Of a stretch of DNA of 64,000 bases, positions 59,121 through 64,000 are shown one piece after another. The stretch's first letter is position 1, and each line of letters opens with the position of its first letter. Both the position numbers and the translations under genes were made by a program. The stretch comes from a virus (lineage: Duplodnaviria; Heunggongvirae; Uroviricota; Caudoviricetes). Where the stretch lies: the IMG/VR virus record IMGVR_UViG_2706795442_000001, one strand, 5' to 3'. The notes below the pieces were generated by a model. It made no database searches. It had not been told where the DNA came from and was given only the letters and a program-made list of their open reading frames with translations.

Positions 59121-59145
59121 CCCGTCATGACGGGCTTCGTGACAC
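59121..59145 (-). terminator. palindrome/terminator CCCGTCATGACGGG followed by CTTCGTGAC and an A/T tract
   Basis: Perfect 14-nt palindrome downstream of gene 59421..59603. Confidence 0.4.
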
Positions 59146-59420
59146 CTCTCTTTTTTTATCTTTTAATTTTTTTGTTTCTTTTTGTCATGACAAAAATCTC
59201 CTTATTTTATTATAATCAATATTATACCCCATAATCACTTGTGCTTTTCTAATTTTTTAACATCAATTAATAACTCATGTTCTTTACTTATTAAATCATT
59301 TATTGTATTATATTTTTCTTTATTATCTTTAACCAATTTTAAAATAATACTAGTTGTTATTAAAATATAAACACAAAAAACTATAGATAATCCAACAATT
59401 CCAATAATCATTTTTATTAA

Positions 59421-59603
59421 TTAATCCTCCCAGTATTTAATCAAAATATGTGAACAATATTCATCGTAACTTTCCACCCAGTTAACTTGATAACCAACAA
59501 TTTCATAATTTTTAATGTCATTTGATTTCACAAATTCATTTACATCTCTTTCTACTTTTGTTGATGTACGTTCAAATTCTTTAATCTTCCACATCACTAT
59601 CAT
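59421..59603 (-). CDS. hypothetical protein
   Basis: ORF present. Confidence 0.35.
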   Translation of the reverse strand: MIVMWKIKEFERTSTKVERDVNEFVKSNDIKNYEIVGYQVNWVESYDEYCSHILIKYWED

Positions 59604-59838
59604 CCTCTTTAGTATTTATAATTACATGACAGATATTTTGGAGTATTGCGCTTGGCTCTCTATCTTTTAATGCCCCGTCAACAATCAAATTATCAATCTC
59701 ATCAAACGCCTTTACTTTGCGTTCCATTTCATTAATCTCATCTACTTGTTTAATTAAATCCTCTTCATCTAACCCTTGTAATACCAACTGTAATTCTTTT
59801 CCATTTACTTCAACTATTTTACCCATCATTACACCCAT
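59581..59838 (-). CDS. hypothetical protein
   Basis: ORF present. Confidence 0.4.
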   Translation of the reverse strand: MGVMMGKIVEVNGKELQLVLQGLDEEDLIKQVDEINEMERKVKAFDEIDNLIVDGALKDREPSAILQNICHVIINTKEDDSDVED

Positions 59839-60294
59839 TTACTCGTCCTCCAGTAAATTTTCATCTTCAAACACATTACCTACAACAATACATTCTTTAA
59901 AAAATATTGTTTTTTCAGATGTTGGCAAATCATAATAGTATTTATACTCTTTAGCAATCATACTGTCCTTTACCATAAAGTTTTCCAAAAAAATACCTTT
60001 AACCTTATCTATAATTACCTGTGCTCTATTTATTGTTTCAACTATAGCTTCATCATCGAATGGGTAACAAAAAGATTCATCCTCAAATTCGATGATGTCC
60101 CCCTCGTATATCTCTACACCGTTTTTATCTTTCAAGCCCGTTGATTGCATTAATACATAATCTCTAACTAAATCCTTTGTAATTCCGTATATCGAACCGT
60201 CATTAACTTTAACCCATTCATCTTCGATATAAATCGTTTCTACGTTCCACATTTTATTTTCTGTTTTATCCCATGCTCTAAATCTAGGCAACAT
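59839..60294 (-). CDS. YopX-like protein
   Basis: N-terminus MLPRFRAWDKTENKMW matches the YopX start signature. Confidence 0.5.
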   Translation of the reverse strand: MLPRFRAWDKTENKMWNVETIYIEDEWVKVNDGSIYGITKDLVRDYVLMQSTGLKDKNGVEIYEGDIIEFEDESFCYPFDDEAIVETINRAQVIIDKVKGIFLENFMVKDSMIAKEYKYYYDLPTSEKTIFFKECIVVGNVFEDENLLEDE

Positions 60295-60321
60295 AACAAT
60301 CTCTCCTATAAAATTATTCTT

Positions 60322-60744
60322 TTAAACCATTTCTCCATTCTTCCAAATTAATTGTGTGTTCATTGTATCATCTAAATAGTAAGCTTCTTTTATTTTTATC
60401 GGGGTTTCATTCACAAGAAATGAAATACTTGTGTTAGTGTAATAATTTATCGCTGTAGTAGAACTATATGGATTAAAATATTTCACAATCATATTTTCTA
60501 ATATTGTGTCTTCATCGATTTCTATTTCTTTCTGTATAATTAAATCTTTCCCATTATTAGAAGTAATATTATCTTTAGTTTCAAAGTCAGCTATTTTTAA
60601 GTAGGTGTTGCTGGTTGATGTTGATGTGTCAGTTAAATAAGTAATCTGTTCGATAAAAAAGGTTTTTTGACCTTCTTGTTTATCAATCAATCTTTTAAGA
60701 TATTCTCCTTGACTAATAACTTCTTCTATTTTAATTTTTGTCAT
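60322..60744 (-). CDS. hypothetical protein (paralog of 58574..58981)
   Basis: Shared C-terminus …TQLIWKNGEMV. Confidence 0.4.
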   Translation of the reverse strand: MTKIKIEEVISQGEYLKRLIDKQEGQKTFFIEQITYLTDTSTSTSNTYLKIADFETKDNITSNNGKDLIIQKEIEIDEDTILENMIVKYFNPYSSTTAINYYTNTSISFLVNETPIKIKEAYYLDDTMNTQLIWKNGEMV

Positions 60745-60961
60745 TATTCAATTCCTCCTTATATGAATCCATTAATTTTTTTGAATGGTCACTAGCCTCT
60801 TCTATTAAAAACTTATCTTCATCTGTCATACTATCTAACAACTCTTGTGTTGTCTTTTCTTGATAGTTATTTACATTGATTGTACTGTCATACTTTTGTA
60901 AAATCTCCATAACTTTTACTTGTTCATTTAGAATTTCTGAAATTAGTTCTTTTCTACTCAT
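60731..60961 (-). CDS. hypothetical protein
   Basis: ORF present. Confidence 0.4.
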   Translation of the reverse strand: MSRKELISEILNEQVKVMEILQKYDSTINVNNYQEKTTQELLDSMTDEDKFLIEEASDHSKKLMDSYKEELNNDKN

Positions 60962-61076
60962 TCTTTTTTTCCTCCTTATTTCTATAATTCAATACTAGCA
61001 TATGTATAAACCAAAGTCAACAATATATTAATAAAGACTAGAGAAAAAACTCTAGCCTTAACATATTTTTATCCTA

Positions 61077-62120
61077 TTAAGCAATCTCTTTTAATTTATC
61101 TACTAATACTGATAAAATTTCTGCTTGACTTTCGTCTAAGTCTTTTACTTTTCTGCCATTTCCTAAGACATCTTCAATAACTTTATTACGCTCTTCTGTT
61201 TTACCGTCTTTTTGTAGTTTTTTTCCTAGTTCAGCTGTTTCTTTCATTAAAGCGTCAAAGTCATATTCTACACCTTTAGACTGTTCTCGTTTGCCTTCTG
61301 TAATATTATCTTTTCCTTCTGATTCAATAGCTTTCTTCACTACTTTTTGATAAGAGTCTGATGATAATTCAGATGTTTCTGGCATAAATCTAAAAGTAGC
61401 TCCTGCTAAGTGTGTTAGTGAATCTCTGTAAAATATTTTACGATGTTCTACCCCATTGTTATCTACAGTTAAGTCTAAAAATAGAATGTTATCTGCTATA
61501 CGATTAATCATATTAAAGAACTTTGTTTTTACATCTGGAACTGTTTTTTGATATTCTACATATTCTTTGCCATCTTTTTCACGAGTAGTAGTAGCACCTT
61601 CTACATTTTTTTCTTCTTCTGTTGCATCTTTAACCAATACTTTTTTTGTTTCTGTTTTAGCATGTGAAATAAATACAGGTGTATATCCAGACTTTTCAAT
61701 CAAAGAAAGACCTTTTTCTAACTCTTTATTATATTCACTGAAACCTTTACCCCATGCGGCGTCTGACAAATCGTCAATTTGTAAGTTAGATAAAACATAA
61801 GTTTCACAATAAGTTTCGAAACGAGAGACAGTATCTAATGCGATTGCATCGTACTTTTCTTGTAATTTAGGGTTTTTAAGTAATTTCATGATACGTAAAA
61901 ACTCCGCCCAAGAATCAATATTAATAACATGAGCATTAGGAATTGCGTCGTGACGACGTTCAGTTGCTAAAAATAATACTTTCTCTCCGTATAAATCATT
62001 AATAAATGTTGTTTTACCAGTTTTAGGAAACCCATAAACAAATGTAGAGTATGTTTTTGCGTCAGTTGGTACTTTATTTCCCTCGATATTCAATAAATCA
62101 TCTACTGTAATTTTTGCCAT
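61077..62120 (-). CDS. AAA_24-type ATPase (Sak4-like recombination protein)
   Basis: Walker A YGFPKTGKTT and Walker B IALDTV are present. It lies adjacent to the SSB-like gene. Confidence 0.5.
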   Translation of the reverse strand: MAKITVDDLLNIEGNKVPTDAKTYSTFVYGFPKTGKTTFINDLYGEKVLFLATERRHDAIPNAHVINIDSWAEFLRIMKLLKNPKLQEKYDAIALDTVSRFETYCETYVLSNLQIDDLSDAAWGKGFSEYNKELEKGLSLIEKSGYTPVFISHAKTETKKVLVKDATEEEKNVEGATTTREKDGKEYVEYQKTVPDVKTKFFNMINRIADNILFLDLTVDNNGVEHRKIFYRDSLTHLAGATFRFMPETSELSSDSYQKVVKKAIESEGKDNITEGKREQSKGVEYDFDALMKETAELGKKLQKDGKTEERNKVIEDVLGNGRKVKDLDESQAEILSVLVDKLKEIA

Positions 62121-62173
62121 AATTAATTTCTCCTTTGATTTTATAATGTTTTATAATTTTTTTATATTGCTAA

Positions 62174-62437
62174 TTAATTAAATGGTTTTAATTCTTCAAC
62201 AGAGTTATCTAGTGTATCTAAGACTTCTTCTGATAATGCAATTAAAGTTTCTGACGTATCTAATGATGAACCTTTTTCATATACTGTGTCCATAACAGAA
62301 AAAAGATATTTTCTTATTTCTCCTACTGTACCATCTGTGTTGTTAATTGCATTCTGTAATAAATGACTTCCTAATATTGTTAATTGCTCTTTAATTTGTT
62401 CAACACTCATTAAATCATCTAATTTAATCTCTTTCAT
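62174..62437 (-). CDS. hypothetical protein
   Basis: ORF present. Confidence 0.4.
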   Translation of the reverse strand: MKEIKLDDLMSVEQIKEQLTILGSHLLQNAINNTDGTVGEIRKYLFSVMDTVYEKGSSLDTSETLIALSEEVLDTLDNSVEELKPFN

Positions 62438-62459
62438 GAATAATTTCTCCTTTATTATA

Positions 62460-62684
62460 TTATATTAGTTTCACTTTATCAAGTCTAAATTCTAATTCCT
62501 TTTCGACCTCAGTAAAGAAAGCTACCATTAAATACTCGTTCTTATTGTCAGCTTCTTGTTTGTCGAGTTTTAAAATGTTTTTAATTGTTCCATAATTTTC
62601 ATGTTTAAAAATTAAATTATCTAAATACTCTTCGACCTTTTCCTCTAATAATTCTCCATAATGTGTATAATAATCAAAACCCAT
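62460..62684 (-). CDS. hypothetical protein
   Basis: ORF present. Confidence 0.4.
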   Translation of the reverse strand: MGFDYYTHYGELLEEKVEEYLDNLIFKHENYGTIKNILKLDKQEADNKNEYLMVAFFTEVEKELEFRLDKVKLI

Positions 62685-62728
62685 TATTATTCCTCCTTAA
62701 ATAATAACAAGGGGACAATCCCCTTGCA

Positions 62729-63727
62729 TTAAAAGTCTAAATCATCTAAGTCACTATCTGTAGTTGTGTCTTCTTGTTTTTTCTTATCATCTTTACTTCC
62801 CTCTCCGAAAGCATTATCACTTGGAGTTGAGTTTGGAACATAACCGTCTTCTAAATCACTGATAGCTTTTTGACGCCATTGTTTAGCTTCTTCAATTTGT
62901 TCTTCATCATATTCTCTACCATCAGCATAAGGTGTAGTACCCCCTACAACTTCAAAGTTATTAACAAAATTACGTTTAACTTCTGCTAAATCTTCTGTGT
63001 CTCCAAAACCGTCAATCTCTTCTTGTAATTCTTCTGGTTCAGCATCTACTGCGTAATTATTAATTTTTAATGTAAATTTACCAGTGTCGCCCTCGTCGTA
63101 TAACTCTTCAAATTTTTCAGCAATATCAGATGGAACAATAGCTTCAATAGGAATGATTGGTCTAGCATTGTCACGTAATTGTTTGTAGAAATCAACATTA
63201 AAGAATTCTAATTTTTTATCGTCTGTTGGTAATCCGTCGTCATCATTAATATCTTTGATACCAGTAACGATACCTTCGACTACTACTTTAGCTTTAGGTC
63301 CTTTGGCTTTCTTAACCTGTTCTTCTGTTAATCTATTAAAGAATTTTGCACTAACATTATTGTGACGTCTAGTATTTCCGTCTTGACCAATATATTCGTT
63401 TAATTCTACTGAACCGTCAACTCTAACTAAATCTGCTTCTTTCTTATTACCTGTATCTTCAATTGATTTATATTCATCTAATACTGTTTTAAATCCTTTA
63501 TATAAACCGTTCTCGTTACCATCCTGTTTAAATCTATTAGAATAAACACGTGCTCTAATATCATGAGAACATACTTCTCCATTAACTGATTCTTCTACAA
63601 GAATAGTTACAGAACCTTTAATATTTTCTTTACCGTCTTTTGTTTCTCCTAATTCAAGGTCTACTGATTTAACACGACCAATAACCTCTGCCTCATTTTT
63701 TAATGCTTTTAATGTTGTATCTGCCAT
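62729..63727 (-). CDS. single-stranded DNA-binding protein-like (acidic C-terminal tip DLDF); start revised to the internal ATG
   Basis: The acidic tail …TTDSDLDDLDF is typical of SSB C-termini. RBS AAGGAG lies 8 nt before ATG 63727. The track's ATG 63763 lies inside the -10 box of the upstream promoter. Confidence 0.5.
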   Translation of the reverse strand: MADTTLKALKNEAEVIGRVKSVDLELGETKDGKENIKGSVTILVEESVNGEVCSHDIRARVYSNRFKQDGNENGLYKGFKTVLDEYKSIEDTGNKKEADLVRVDGSVELNEYIGQDGNTRRHNNVSAKFFNRLTEEQVKKAKGPKAKVVVEGIVTGIKDINDDDGLPTDDKKLEFFNVDFYKQLRDNARPIIPIEAIVPSDIAEKFEELYDEGDTGKFTLKINNYAVDAEPEELQEEIDGFGDTEDLAEVKRNFVNNFEVVGGTTPYADGREYDEEQIEEAKQWRQKAISDLEDGYVPNSTPSDNAFGEGSKDDKKKQEDTTTDSDLDDLDF

Positions 63728-63761
63728 AAATAATTTCTCCTTCTTTTTTAATCTGTTATTC

Positions 63762-63791
63762 ATTATAACATAACACCCCTAAAGGTGTCAA
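63762..63791 (-). promoter_or_regulatory. promoter TTGACA-18-TATAAT with a hairpin in the spacer
   Basis: Minus strand reads TTGACA cctttaggggtgttatgt TATAAT. The inverted repeat ACACC…GGTGT is in the spacer. Confidence 0.5.
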
Positions 63792-63820
63792 GTAAAAGTT
63801 AATTATTTTTGATAAAAATG

Positions 63821-64000
63821 TTACCCTAATGTTCCAACAAATTGCATACATTCCATTTGACCTTTGTATACAGTGTCGTCTCCTTGTCGATTATCAATGA
63901 TAGCTGGAACACTCATAATACCATGTTCTACAGCAATGTCTGGTGTTTCCTCTACATCAACATATTCAACATCAACATTCTTGTCAGCTAATTGGCTTTT
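63821..64000 (-). CDS. thioredoxin/NrdH-like protein, 3' part (5' end outside the window)
   Basis: C-terminus …VEHGIMSVPAIIDNRQGDDTVYKGQ… resembles the thioredoxin-fold C-terminus. Stop at 63821-63823. Confidence 0.35.
   Translation of the reverse strand, partial: KSQLADKNVDVEYVDVEETPDIAVEHGIMSVPAIIDNRQGDDTVYKGQMECMQFVGTLG

Noticed and set aside
62709-62725. AAGGGGACAATCCCCTT hairpin upstream of gene 62460-62684 as another TTGACA promoter
   Set aside because: The -35-like hexamer is TTGTCC and no good -10 lies at 17 nt. It is treated as a terminator only.
1-64000. CRISPR arrays, rRNA genes and tRNA genes
   Set aside because: No spacer-repeat periodicity or rRNA-like GC-rich blocks were seen. 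tRNAs cannot be excluded by eye in AT-rich intergenic regions, but none was recognisable; tRNAscan would be needed.

Overview
The window looks like part of a large, AT-rich, virulent-type tailed phage genome. The endolysin resembles the LysK/phi11 type (CHAP, amidase_2, SH3b), which points to a Staphylococcus-like Firmicute host.

Bases 1-23554 (plus strand) carry the late tail and lysis module:
- the 3' end of a tail assembly chaperone gene with a lambda-type G_GGA_AAG -1 frameshift site
- a TP901-type tape measure gene of about 2350 codons, interrupted by an HNH-endonuclease-bearing intervening sequence; its C-terminus carries M23-peptidase and lytic-transglycosylase domains
- Dit- and Tal-like proteins and beta-helix tail fibres
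- XkdW/XkdX-like genes, an XhlA-like protein and an SPP1-type holin
- an endolysin split into three exons by two group I introns, one of which encodes an I-HmuI-like HNH endonuclease
- a tyrosine recombinase

Bases 23591-64000 (minus strand) carry an early/replication module:
- many small hypothetical genes
- a guanylate-kinase-like protein and an SPFH (band-7) protein
- a DnaE-type DNA polymerase carrying a 405-aa LAGLIDADG intein
- a PnuC-like transporter and a nucleoside 2-deoxyribosyltransferase-like protein
- a frame-disrupted DNA methyltransferase
- PhoH, a RuvC-like resolvase with a non-ATG start, an AAA ATPase, a DHH/RecJ-like protein, RNase H, a DnaG-type primase and a DnaB-like helicase
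- NrdF, NrdE and NrdI
- an AAA_24/Sak4-like ATPase, an SSB-like protein and a partial thioredoxin-like gene

The minus-strand region is punctuated by strong TTGACA-17-TATAAT promoters. Most of these sit inside or directly beside intrinsic-terminator hairpins. No rRNA or CRISPR features are visible, and tRNAs cannot be excluded by eye. All domain calls come from motif recognition by eye; no database search was run.
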